Of a stretch of 64,000 bases of DNA, positions 20,135 to 32,446 are shown piece by piece. Position 1 is the first letter of the stretch, and the number at the start of each line of letters is the position of its first letter. The notes under the pieces were generated by a model. That model was not told the DNA's origin. It did not search any database and worked only from the letters and a program-made list of their open reading frames with translations. Source of the DNA: Nitrosopumilus sp. (GTDB taxonomy: Archaea; Thermoproteota; Nitrososphaeria; Nitrososphaerales; Nitrosopumilaceae); contig CBDBLX010000002.1 of the NCBI GenBank assembly GCA_965207445.1, forward strand, positions 1,271,849-1,335,848, read 5' to 3'. The position numbers were made by a program, and so were the translations under genes.

Positions 20135-20601
20135 TAAACCATACCCAAGTAACTGCATGTGTGTGGAATATCTCATACTATCTATAGCGACACTTGTGAG
20201 TTCTAGCACAGTACAATATCCTAGATCAGTTGTTGTGAATTGACTTGTGGATCATTTGCAATACATATTGGATGTGGCCAAAGATATGATGTGCAATGTC
20301 CCCTGGAGGGGATTACAGTTCTCATCGGACAACTGTTTAGATGTACTGTCACATCTCATTAATGGATACATCATGGCGCACCTATGCCATATTTTCTCAC
20401 ATTTCATTTTTTAAAAATACAACAAATCCGAATCATTGGGTATTTTTGTGTAAAGACATCTCAAAAATTATATTGTAATTTTTTAGTTGTGCCAGAATTT
20501 ATGCGCATCACTACTTGTCAGATATTTTTTGCAGCGACAAGTATACATCATTTACAAGTATTGATCTATAACATATATTGAAACATTTAACACATCAATC
20601 A

Positions 20602-21057
20602 ATGAACTCTGCAACAAGAATACAAAACAATGTAGAGCGCTGGCTTGTACATGAGGGCTTAAAATTCAAGTATCAAAAACATGATGACGCCACATTCAAA
20701 GTGATTATCAGTGGTCCACCTGAGATACAAGATATAGACACTGAGATATTTGAGCCTGCCAGTCAGCAAGGTGTAATTGTGGTTGGAAAAAGATGCCCCT
20801 TTAAAACCACACAAAACCAGAGATATTTGAATATGACACAAGATGAACAGCAAAAAATACAAGACCGAATTGCCAAATATTGTGATTCTGTGGGCGCAGT
20901 ACATCGCTTTATGATGGATAACGGACGCGTCATGGTGGGTGTGTACATAGTGATCGACTCACAAGAGATGCAAAATCAGTCTTATTTTTCAGAGTCACTA
21001 CGACAGACGATACAAATGGCAGACAGTGTAAAAGAGTACATGCGACGTACCATATAG
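20602..21057 (+). CDS. Conserved archaeal hypothetical protein (DUF2299-like)
   Basis: NVERWLVHEGLKFK N-terminus; family call from recall. Confidence 0.6.
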   Translation: MNSATRIQNNVERWLVHEGLKFKYQKHDDATFKVIISGPPEIQDIDTEIFEPASQQGVIVVGKRCPFKTTQNQRYLNMTQDEQQKIQDRIAKYCDSVGAVHRFMMDNGRVMVGVYIVIDSQEMQNQSYFSESLRQTIQMADSVKEYMRRTI

Positions 21058-21531
21058 CTTTACAGATAATATTTGATTTAACGCATATTACGCATCTAGT
21101 CTTTCTCACACATTTGGTTGCAGTGTCACAATTACTATCATTACTCTACTTTCTCATTTCAGCGCCAATTCACAACACCTGACATGAAAACAGATATCAT
21201 GAATATTACACTTGAAATCCCCCCCCCCCCCCTCTCCCCACACCCCCTGCCCTCACACCTCTATGATTTTACATACATTACAATAGCACAAGAATGCCAT
21301 ATGCTATTGGTGATAGATATCATGTTCATGCAAAAGATCACATCAACGTATTGAATCAAGTGTATCACAAACAGTGTAGATACAATTGGACTCGCGCACA
21401 ACTCACAGACAAAAACCATCAATGCATTTTTTTGGAGAAAAAACATCAACAAACACTATATCTCAACCCTACCCCTAGGGGGTTACGCATACAAAAACAC
21501 CATTAATTGCTCAAGGTAGCAATCCAATATG

Positions 21532-21553
21532 TTTCTAAATTCGAATTTAGAAA
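21532..21553. repeat. 22-bp palindrome, copy 2
   Basis: Identical sequence. Confidence 0.95.
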
Positions 21554-21702
21554 TATTAAATATGCAAGTAGTACGGTAACAGTTTATCTGGTAAAGTTCA
21601 ATCTACATCTCAACTATACATATTATGATATCAATATGAACTAATTATGACTTTAATTTGTGACATTTCTTTGCTTTTATCATAATGTACAAAATTGCAA
21701 AC

Positions 21703-21894
21703 TTGTGCCTAAGTGTTAAACCCCCCTTTTCAAAAACGTATTATAGGCACAATGCCATTTTATCAAAAATACCCGGCCAGAGGGGGGGTTTAGCTTTTGT
21801 GCCTGTATATGCAATGCAAAGGTCAAACCACCATGGTAGCTGGTTAGAGTATGTATTGTAATTTTATTTTGTGCCTAAGTGCTAAACCCCCCTT
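21703..21894. promoter_or_regulatory. Cluster of direct and inverted motifs (TTGTGCCTAAGTGYTAAACCCCCCTT)
   Basis: 26-bp direct repeats at 21703 and 21869; inverted halves at 21744 and 21781. Confidence 0.55.
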
Positions 21895-22493
21895 ATTTTG
21901 GGTGTTTTAGTTGATTATAAAAAGATCATAATAAATTTGTGACACATGTGACAAGAAAAAAAGAAAAAATAAAGAAAGAAAAAACAAGTCACTGTTGGCA
22001 GTAAAATCTGTCTTTTACACGCTCAAATATTTTGATTGAATTTTAACCTGAACTAGGGGTGAATAATTGTTTGTTTGTTTGAGTGTGTTTTGATACTTGG
22101 TACTATGATAGCATTCCCAACAAACATGTTAATTGTTTTTGATCTTTTGGTCAGTATCGTTAAACAACGAACTGACACATTAACTTGTTTTGTACGTTAT
22201 CACTTATTTCTATCAAATTATCATCATTATACCTCTGCTACCAATTAGAACAAAAATCTTTTGATAAATTATCTAGTTGGTGCTCTACAAGTAATTTCAT
22301 TTTCATCCGTCTCTTTTTTTTAGTGCTTTGTTTACTAGTGTACTGATCTTTGACTTGCCAACAAGCAAAACACACATCTCAAATCTAGATGCGAATTTCA
22401 CCAACTCTATTTTACGCAAACCAAATTTACAACACTGATTTGATAATATGCTCCATCTCAAACAGTATTATTACACCATGCAAAACACCACAT

Positions 22494-22988
22494 ATGGGAA
22501 AGATAGTCCTAATCGTAGTTGCAGCAATAGTTGTATCTATGGCTTTTGCCATTTACATGTACACTGAATACAGAACCCAATATGTTGCAACTGCTACTGG
22601 TCAACCTGTCATGGTAGGTCCAGTAGAATACACAGTAGAGTTTGAAAATACACACAAGGGCGACAAAGAGGAGACACCAGAGCATATCTTTGTAATGATT
22701 AAACTTACAGCAGAGAATATGGGTGATGAAAGAACACTGTTGTCTGGAGGACAATTCTACATTGAAGAGCCAAATGGTAAGAGACACCAAGCAGTGTATG
22801 GTGACTTTTCACAAAAAGACTTGTTAGTGGAGTGGTTGGAGCCTGGTGATGTGGCAATCGAGCGAAATACACAGTTTGATATACCATTTGATGAGGATGC
22901 AACATACAACATAATGATAAGACCTCAAAAAGAACAGTCATCTAATATAGTAGCCGTCATTTGTATAACGAACTGTCCTGCTAATTAA
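22494..22988 (+). CDS. Membrane-anchored DUF4352-like Ig-fold protein
   Basis: N-terminal TM; FVMIKLTAENMG...LEPG...FDIP. Confidence 0.75.
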   Translation: MGKIVLIVVAAIVVSMAFAIYMYTEYRTQYVATATGQPVMVGPVEYTVEFENTHKGDKEETPEHIFVMIKLTAENMGDERTLLSGGQFYIEEPNGKRHQAVYGDFSQKDLLVEWLEPGDVAIERNTQFDIPFDEDATYNIMIRPQKEQSSNIVAVICITNCPAN

Positions 22989-23010
22989 TTTCTAAATTCG
23001 AATTTAGAAA
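22989..23010. repeat. 22-bp palindrome, copy 3, between convergent genes
   Basis: Immediately after the stop at 22988. Confidence 0.95.
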
Positions 23011-23022
23011 CATTTACTATAT

Positions 23023-23454
23023 TCATGAATCATGAGATGGATTTAGTATGGGCATTACATACGCGTGGTTTGGTCTTATTGCAAGTATTATACGTTGCTC
23101 GTCTTTTTTTCGAAAAGGGTATTTGTCATACCCTGTCATATACTGTCGGGTCAGCGCATCGGCATGTTTGTAGTTATCATCAGGTATGATATCTTTGACT
23201 ATACCTCGAACTGATGCCATCATCAATGGATTATCAATTGATGTCACTGATATCGATACACGTTTGTCATGCAAAATGTTGCGATGTTTTACCCTACCTT
23301 TGGCAGTGTTAATCATGACTAGTCCATTTTGATAGTTTGCCCACACTGGAGTCACTTGCGGTGAACCATCCGGCATTATTGTTGCAAGATGTGTGATGTT
23401 TTTACCTGCTAATAGTTCTTGGATTGTTTCCAAGTCTTGTTTTTTGATTGGCAT
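23023..23454 (-). CDS. PPOX-class F420-dependent oxidoreductase
   Basis: LATIMPDGSPQVTPVW and GRVKHRNI..DKRVSISV motifs. Confidence 0.9.
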   Translation of the reverse strand: MPIKKQDLETIQELLAGKNITHLATIMPDGSPQVTPVWANYQNGLVMINTAKGRVKHRNILHDKRVSISVTSIDNPLMMASVRGIVKDIIPDDNYKHADALTRQYMTGYDKYPFRKKDEQRIILAIRPNHAYVMPILNPSHDS

Positions 23455-23854
23455 GATGTTTACATGTATTTGAGATATATCTAGTAATGCATATCTTATC
23501 TCATAGTGGTTTTTTGGCAAAATTATGTCTGCTAAAATTTGTTACTTGAAATATACTGCTCAGAGGTACCTATTGTAAACACACTACTCCAAAAACACAT
23601 TACCACAACACACTACCATAACACATCATCAAAAAAAAAAACAAATTACCACAAAGCGCCTACAAATACACTACTAAAACACACTACCCAAAAAAACATA
23701 CTATCACGTACGGTAGATTTTATGAACAAGCAAAAAGCATTTGATCATCTGTCTTTGATCAATTACCTTTGATCAGTTACTTTTAATTGATCAACTACCA
23801 ACATCCATGTCTGTACATTCCCCCGTCGTATAGACGATGCACAAGACACAGACG

Positions 23855-24520
23855 CTAGTCGTTGTCAGTCTTTCCTTTTTTATTTCCCCGTGTATTATTA
23901 CGTGGCCGGGACTCTGCCGTCTTTGTTTTGACTGTTGATATATTGGCAGACTTTTTTCCACGTTTTGTCGCCTTTTGTGTTGTTGTGGTTGTGGGTTTAA
24001 GCGATTTTTTGGTCCCCCGCTTTTTACCCTTTTCCAATATGTTGGTAGTGGCGCGATTGATGATATCCACTATCAAATATGCCGAATACTCGGCCGTTGT
24101 AGGCTTTGCAGTAGACGTATCTATATCAGATAACACTTCACTTACAATATCTGCCAACCGTTTTGTCGTTTTGTCTATCACCGACGAGTATAAGGACTCA
24201 AAGTTCTCTGGAATCTCAAAATCCAGCAATCTTGTTGATGTTCCATAAAACTTTGTTATTCCACCACGTGACTCGTCTATCCTCGTCACCTCTATGAGGC
24301 CCGTCGTCTTGAGGATGTCTATATGATGACGTATTGTCGACACCGATTTTTTGGATCCGTCTTTTTGAATCGCCGCTGCGATCTCTTCTGCTGATAACGT
24401 TTTGTTATACAACATGGACAAGATCTTTGAGCGCATAGGATCACCTATTGCACGTGCGTGCTCTGTATTGACTGAGACTATCCGATTTGTACGGAGTCTT
24501 TTGTCCAATAGCGTTGCCAT
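23855..24520 (-). CDS. ArsR-family winged-helix regulator with a basic low-complexity tail
   Basis: AIGDPMRSKIL...STIRHHIDILKTTGLIEV. Confidence 0.9.
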   Translation of the reverse strand: MATLLDKRLRTNRIVSVNTEHARAIGDPMRSKILSMLYNKTLSAEEIAAAIQKDGSKKSVSTIRHHIDILKTTGLIEVTRIDESRGGITKFYGTSTRLLDFEIPENFESLYSSVIDKTTKRLADIVSEVLSDIDTSTAKPTTAEYSAYLIVDIINRATTNILEKGKKRGTKKSLKPTTTTTQKATKRGKKSANISTVKTKTAESRPRNNTRGNKKGKTDND

Positions 24521-24529
24521 GTATATTAC

Positions 24530-24820
24530 TAGCAAAAATAGTTAATAACACTAATGTTGCGATATAATTTTCATCTAATATACTATATTAGAATAACATT
24601 AGATATTAACTAAATTAATGATTTATTATCAAAATAATAATATAATACTTAATTTTTCTAATAAATTTTATTTATTTAGTAATATTTTAATTATAATATA
24701 ATTAATAGTTAATTTCAATTTATAAAATTAATATTAAAATTTAAAGAAAAAATTTTTGTAATATAATAATTTTATATTATTTTGAAAATATTATTTTAAA
24801 ATGATATTTATGATAATAAT
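24530..24820. other. Second extreme AT-rich tract
   Basis: Almost no G/C; followed by the 21-bp tandem duplication GACTAGCACATATGACTAGCA (24859-24900). Confidence 0.85.
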
Positions 24821-25065
24821 GTTGGTGGACATGTTAAGGATACAAAATATAACTAACAGACTAGCACATATGACTAGCAGACTAGCACATATGACTAGCA
24901 GACGAGAATGCATGGCATTACATGATGTTGCTTTAATGATAAATTCGAGTTGAAATCAAAACATGTCAATTATAGCACCACGATTATGTATCGTCACGAT
25001 ATCCTGTTCTCATTCACGTCTCAAAAATGTATTCCTGCGGTGATATACTCATGTAGTGTACATGT

Positions 25066-26456
25066 TAGTAGTTCGCAATGTGCTCAATTTTTAATGATCT
25101 TATTTCTAATTATGCAGTGCGACAGATTTACAATGGTAAGGAACCACCGTGCTCCAATTCCCACCGAAGCAGTCTTCTGATTGAACCGGCAATTGAATCT
25201 ACAAACGCATCCATTGTGAATAATTTTTCATCTACAAGTCCGCCGTAATTTTCGTACCTTGCCATTACCCATAAACCATATAATAACATTCCAAAAAATA
25301 TCAACAGTAATCGAAGCTGCAAGGCGTTGCTAGTTGTCTTTGGAGTCGTGTTTTTTATCACTCTGTATCCCGTCTCTATTATCCAGCGCTTGCGATAAGT
25401 CTCTGGGATGGTTTTGATGAGTTTGCTTTTGCTAGTGATTTTCATATTTGTGGCAAATGCCACATACTGATCGACCGTTTTATCAGTTTCTTTGGCATTA
25501 TTTTTTTTGACGACAAGTAATGTGAACTTTACTGCTTTTTTGTTTTTATCACGCATCTCAATGACTGATGCAGTTTTTCTCTTTTTGTTGTGAACTTCTA
25601 AAATATATTTTTGTATGCGCTTATTTTTAATTGCCGGCATTATGAAAGACAGGCGCAAGCGCAAAAGTTCATCTATGCATGCAACATTGTAAAAACCCCG
25701 ATCAAAGAGGCCAAGTTCCGGACGTGCATCCTCTCGAATTAATTTTTCAATGATTTTACGCATGACTGTGACCATTTTATCCTTACTGGTCACACGATGT
25801 GCAAACAAAGGTATGTTACCTGCTTGATTTACCATTTGTGCCGTCATAAATGAATGAAATCTCGCAGTACCATTTTTGGGCTTTGTTTTTAGCATCTCGG
25901 GTTTGAGTGCCTTGCCATAATATTCCCATCCGGTCATATCAATTGCAATAGTACCACCTTTTTTGAGCATGTTGTGTTTTTTGGCATTTTTGAGCATTGC
26001 TTTGACATTCTCGTCACCCCATTGTTTTACTTTCTCTAGATCTGCACTTTTTAGGCATTTGAGCACAGTATTTTCAGATGGTATGTTTATGCGCTCGTTT
26101 TTTCTAAAATAGTTAGCCTCATTGCGTTTTCTTTTGTGTGTTGCTGCATTTACGCACATGTTGTTGAGTGACATGGTGACAAGTGTACCAAGATAATCAT
26201 CCACCTCATACGTGTGGTTATATCTGGTTGATATGTCTAGTCCGAGATCGTCGAATCGTTTTCGTAAAACTTTATAATTTACTTGTCCTAATTCATATTG
26301 ATGTTCTAGTACCTCATTTTTCATATATTGTCAGAGGTACTAAAATGTCCCCACATATTATACTTTCTATTTGATCTGATCAAATATGATCATCAACGTT
26401 CAACGACATTGCAGATTATTTAAATAAAATCATATAAAACACATTGCGAACTACTG
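25066..26456 (-). mobile_element. ISH3-like element copy 1, transposase 25128-26324
   Basis: TIR (C/T)AGTAGTTCGCAATGTG; 4-bp TSD ATGT; IAIDMT, DRGFY and YRKRWIIE motifs. Confidence 0.9.
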
Positions 26457-26716
26457 ATGTAACTCTTTTCAATTATACCTAACACACTCCAAAATTACCA
26501 ATTATAACATCCTCATATTTTTACGCGATCATTGATTATTGGGAAGTTATATCGTTGGATGAACAACATACATGTTTTGTTCATATAATCACTTATGTTA
26601 CAGTGTCACCCAAAGATATACAAACTATTTACACTCCCGCACGGACAACGTAGAATTATAGTCTATGACAGAGAACACTCGTAGAAGGGTGGAGGTTGTG
26701 CATATGGTGATTCTTA

Positions 26717-29700
26717 TTATCCTGATTCCGCATATATGTTGCTTATCGTGGGTTCTCTTGCCAGCCTTGTACGCCAACCTGCAATAATACTCGGATCAAT
26801 ATCCAGTATCTTTGCCGCGGCCTTGTCTATAATGATGCGCGCCTTGTCTTCAGTTGCCTGTTTTAATGGTAATAGTTCCATGTCACATACTTTATCATAA
26901 GCAGTGCGTAGATCATCCCAAGCGGGATTGTCTGGTTTTGGTATGCGTATTTCTGCCAAGTGGTCAAGTGACCATGCGAGATATGTTAATGTTTTGCTAC
27001 GGCGATTAAGCAACATCATTACAACGGGTGTAGAGTTCCACCACACCGATAGCGCTTTTGCCTCTTGTTTATTTTTTGTTGATGTATGTATGTAGCCCGT
27101 TCCAAAGGTTGCTATATTACTATAAAGCGCAGTCATGCGTGTGCTTGTTGTCCTGAACCGTCTTGCAATAAACAAACTACTACGTTTTTCCCAATGTTGT
27201 TCTGCTAGATGTTTTTTCGTCTTTAATGGTTTGTACCATGCATCAGGGACTGTATTATGTATGGTTTTTCTAAGATTGGTTCCTATGGATTCAAATACAT
27301 TCACAGCTCCTACTTCATCGGATTCACATTTTTCGTATGAACCGTCTATTCGTGGACCTACTTCGTGACTTACACCTAATGGCTCAAGCAGAGGGGAGTT
27401 TTCTAGTTTAGAAATTATCTCTGGCAGATCAATATCATACCATTGAACAGGTGTCCAATTTCCCATGCCTACGAGTTCTGCCGGCCAACTACATGTATTG
27501 CCCCACTTCTTGGCGTCGCCACTTATTATAGCATCTGCTGCCTCTATTGCTTGCTTGGTATTTTCTGGCATTTTGCGCAGAGATATAAATTCGGTTGGTG
27601 GTTTTATGTTGCCATCAAAACGCCTACATATCATCAGACACTCGTGTATGTTGGTTTTGTATGAAAAATTCACATGTTTGGGATCATGTGTTGTTATGAT
27701 GCACTCTACGTGAAATCTGTTGGCCAAAAACCTCCTCTCTGCAAACCCGGATGCGGTTACGCAGGCCGTGACTGGGAGAACTTTTGCCAACGTTCCATCT
27801 TTTGCATTCAATAATTTATCTGCAAGTGGAGTAAAGAATGTACGGATACTATTCGAATCTATGACTTTACCGGCCTCGGGATCTCTACGTGTGAGTTCTT
27901 TTTTTATTGCAAGTTCATTCTGCTGCATGAGTTTTACTACTGGTTTAGGATACTTGCGTCCGCGTTTGACATTACTTCCAAACGGTGGATTCATTATCAC
28001 CACATCCAGATCGCGTAACGGGAAATCTTTTGTCTGACTAGTACTGTCTATGTGCCTGGCTTGTATGTCACTTGTGCTGCGCAGCGGTTGAACAAACGCC
28101 CTTACTGGGTCTCGTTCACTGACACCTCGTAAAATTTCAACTGAGCCTGCCTTTACACTACTATCTTCAGACTGTGGCCCATGTTTCATGGTATAGAGGT
28201 TCATCTTCTTGTAGTCTGTAGTAGGTGCTCCGAGTGTAAGATTGCATGCTGCTAGTTGAACAGCATGTCTGTTTATATCGAGCCCGCAAATTGTATCTTC
28301 TACCATTTTACGATGAAGTTTCGCGTGTTCTTCTATGTCATCAAGCCCCTTGTTTTTCATACGGTCTTTTATCGTTTTTAATGCAGCCATCAATAGCGTG
28401 CCAGTACCACACGCAGGATCCATTATGCGCAACTGTGTTACTTTTTCCATATCACTCCAGTCCGCAAACTTGTCAGAAAATGCCATGCGTGCAAGCATCA
28501 AAGCAGACACATTGTGCGTATAATTTGCACTATCACTTGTTGCTGTACCCAGTATTTTGTGATAAAGTGGGCCTGCATGGTCATATCCGAGCTCACTCAA
28601 CGAATCTGCCATGGCATTGGCGCGGTCTATGATGCGGTACAATGCATTTCGTACGGGCTTATCAATGTCTGGCAGAGCCTTTACAACTTCCAGTGCGGGT
28701 TCAAAGACGGGCTCATAATCACGATCTAGTATGTGATTCCATGCCTTGATGAGTGAAGTGCGCGGGTTTGTAGATCCGTTTATGTCACCCAGTCCAACAA
28801 GCCCATCCAGCTTGCCCTGAAGTCGACGGTGCAATAAGCAGGCGTTGATGACAAGCAGGGCAGCTATTTTGCATATGTCGCGACTAGAATATTCTTCACT
28901 GTCTATGCGCAAGCCGATCACGGCTGCTAATTTCTCGTCAAGATCTGAAGACTTTTCAAAGACCCTACCTGCACTTCCTACAATCCATTCAATTTCATCT
29001 GTGACCATCTGTCCGGGCTTTGCCAAACCGGATGATGCGACTACTTTTGCATAGAACATCTCACTAATTTCCTCGAATTGAAGAGTGTCCTGTATGCCCT
29101 CTAACATAGTCCTGTGTTCGTCTACCCCTCCATTACCAAATGGTCCAAAAATATCTATAAACCGCGCAGGGTTCTCTGGAAGCCTTCCATCATGTGATTG
29201 CAATGCGCGTAGGACGCGACCAGTGGCCCTCCATTCATCTTTGGCCATCAACTCTTCTGTGATGTTGCCACTGTCCATGAGTGGGACTGGTATTATGATG
29301 CGCCCATGTGTTTTGTCTTTTGATTTACGCATGACGCGCCCAACGGCCTGTACTATATCCACCATACTGTCTCGTGGATCCAAAAATGCAACAGCGTTAA
29401 GTGATGGCACATCAACGCCCTCTGTAAACAGTTTAACATTGCACAACATACGTGGATTATCTTCTGTAGCGCTGCCTAGATTCCGCAGGGCTGTATTGCG
29501 CTCGTATGCACTAGAGTTTCCATCAACATGCTCCACCTTGTGCATTTCATCATCTTTTGTAGTCTGTACATAACCTGACATGCGATTTGCCAGTATTCTG
29601 TGCAAGTCCGGCATGTTCAACAGATCTCTGAATGCCTTGGAGCGCACCCTACTGTTGGCAAACCCAAGTACCCTTGGAAGTTTCTCACTTCCTCCTCCAT

Positions 29701-31106
29701 ATCGCTCCGTAATTCCGTTTATCGCAAGAGCTGTTCCAAGCAGGCGTTCTACATCCTCATATTTTATCACACGTCCATCCTCATCATCAGTTTTAAGCAT
29801 CAAATACTTGTCATACAAATCCTGAACTGCCTTGTCATCTTGCGTTAACATAATTGAAACCCTATAATCTGAAAGCATTTTTGCCGCTACTGCATCTTTG
29901 AATGTGAGTCGGTACAGCACCTCTCCATACTTTTTATCATCCTCCATATCAAACACATCATACCCACGTGATTTCATGGCCCTCTTTGACTTTGGTGTGT
30001 AAACGCGCGGTGTGGCAGTCATATAGAGGCGCATGCGGCCACGTACCGCGTTATTGTCATGTACTACATGAAAACCACTTTCTGATTCAACTCCTGTGGT
30101 ACGATGTGCCTCATCTGCAATGATTAAATCAAAATCTGGAGCTCTGTGCTCTAATTGCGCCTCGGAGACCTTGTCAAGGGACTGGTATGTGCAAAACACA
30201 ACATTAACACCAGATAATTGCAAGCCTGCTGCAATTTTTTCCGGATCAGTAGTTACAGCACATTCAAGATCAGATATTAAAATATCATCATTTTCACCAC
30301 GGCCTCCAGATGTATGGTCAGAGCACACAACCAATCCGTTTAGTGGACGTTCAGTGTATCTTAACCATTCACGGCGCGCCTGTGACACAAGAGCAATACT
30401 GGGTGCTAAAAACAGGATATTTAGTTTTAGTTCCCCCCCCCCCCCCCTTAACCACCACGGAGGGCGCTAGGCGCTCGGATATGCGCAATGAAGTATACGT
30501 CTTACCTGTACCACATGCCATTATAAGTTGGCCTCGGTTCTCACCTTCCTTTGATAGGCGCGTTACAACGCTTTCTATGGCCTTTACTTGCAATGGAAGC
30601 GGATTGCGTTTTTCATGTTTGATCTTCCCACTACTTGTCAACTTCACATTATCATATTCGTGAAAGTCGATGCGTCTAACAGGCGGTTGAACTTTTTGTA
30701 TGATCTCCTCTGCTTTTGGTCCCCACCTACAGGTTACTACAAACCATCGCATATCAAATTGACCAGACACTGCCAAAAACGAGTTTATTTCATCTCTATT
30801 CACATAATCGTCTTCATTATGACACTTGCATTGTATGGCCACAAGACTGCCATCCTTTAAGCGGGCCACTGCGTCTATACCACTATCTGCATATGGCAAA
30901 TCCGTAAGCTTTTCACGATCAGGCCACTTTTTCCACTGCCACGCATCTTCAACCTCAAAATCTGACATATCCTTTATGAGACGTAGCCACAACTTTTCAA
31001 ATTTATCACCCTTTTCAACTTTATCACGACTTTTTTGCCGTATGGTATCTAACATCTGGCCCGCAGTTGTTATTGTAATAGTATTATCTTCTTTCCCTTT
31101 CTTCAA
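26717..31106 (-). pseudogene. Type ISP-like restriction-modification enzyme (Mrr-like nuclease, SF2 helicase, N6-MTase, TRD) split by a frameshift at a G15 tract
   Basis: AIQCK, MACGTGKT, DEAH, QAVGRVMR, DPACGTG and MNPPF motifs; frames switch at C15 30433-30447. Confidence 0.85.
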
Positions 31107-31398
31107 GATATATCAAACTCCACCCACTACACCCATAGTTATGTTTTGTGACATTAAGATCTCTTGCAAACGCAGTTGGTCGGTGTTTATATGTACTTTT
31201 TATCTGAATTTGGTATTTGATGCTAAAAAGGTGTAAATTTTTAGTACTCTTTTGCGTGACTATGACGATAGTTTGGGATAGGGATAGAGTTAGTATCAAA
31301 AAGACAAACGGTGGATCACCTGCCGCCTTTTCTTCCTGAACTGTTTTTTGTTTCATTGTACATATACCACCAATTGGATGTATAACCATGCATATGTG

Positions 31399-31677
31399 CA
31401 ATCTAATGTCAGTGACGTTATAACGCTAGATTGACAACAACAAACATTGACTAAATGGGCTGCCAATGCCACTGAATTCCAAGTATCCATAACCCATAAC
31501 GTGAAAAGGGGTACTAGTTACTCGTACATTCCAAAGCCTGTCCTTGCCAAACTTGGTAACCCAGAGGGTTTGAAGTTTATCATACGTGGCGACAAAATAC
31601 TAGTTACGTGTCCGGATTGACTGCAATGGTTCAAATCTGTATTAATTGTCACCCGCCGCGTTTGCAAGAGGAGAACC
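31399..31677 (+). mobile_element. IS6-type end fragment, copy 2
   Basis: Homologous to 1417-1640 and 63380-63657; ends TTTGCAAGAGGAGAACC. Confidence 0.65.
31447..31620 (+). CDS. 57-aa AbrB/MazE-like DNA-binding protein (below the ORF-track cutoff)
   Basis: TTG start; MTKWAANATEFQVSITHNVKRGTSYSYIPKPVLAKLGNPEGLKFIIRGDKILVTCPD*. Confidence 0.65.
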   Translation: MTKWAANATEFQVSITHNVKRGTSYSYIPKPVLAKLGNPEGLKFIIRGDKILVTCPD

Positions 31678-31689
31678 TTTTTTTGATGT

Positions 31690-32072
31690 ATCCAATCCAT
31701 GTATGGCATTCATGAATCCATTTTTGTCATTGTCGGTGATCGACATTAGTGGAGTTATGCTTCTAACATGTTTTTGTAGCCATCCAGAATAGTACCGTAT
31801 AACGTTCCTTTCTATTGTCGTATAGTTTTTTTAAGATATTTTCTTCGGATTATATCATACTGAGTATCAGGAGCTCTCTGCTCTTGTATTTCTTTTTGAA
31901 TCTCGCTAAAACTTGATTATCCTTCCTAAGAGTGCGAGCTCAGGCTGAGACTATTTACATCGAACTCATCTTCCTCATCATCATCATAGTATGTGGGGCG
32001 TCTGTAGTATTTTTCAGTGTCCGCACGAATTTCACATTCTACTTTTTTCTCCATTTGACTTGGAACATCCAT
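31690..32072 (-). pseudogene. Degraded unknown gene, paralogous to 47210-47740
   Basis: Reverse complement of 31720-31920 aligns with 47325-47545. Confidence 0.55.
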
Positions 32073-32446
32073 GATATGAAAAGCCCTTACGTGTAAATAA
32101 ACGTAAGTCTGGCGGTACTGTAACTGTTCAGTATCATATCAGGTCAAATCGGCAGTCACAAATGGTACCGGGACCTTTGGGTGAGAAAATAAAAGATATA
32201 TTAAACTAAATGCGCGCTTAATTTAACCCTGAAACGAAAACGAACCAAAGTGATTATAGATGGTGTGTATGTATATGACTGCGGCGCAGACTGTCAGGTG
32301 CAAAATCTGCAATGGTACAGGTGTGACAATTATACTCTTATCTATTCTCAAACACATACTGTGACTGTGTCGTCCCTATTTTATAGATGAATTCTACATG
32401 CTCTAATCTTATAAGGATCTAACAGTATTAAAAATTAGATCACTCT

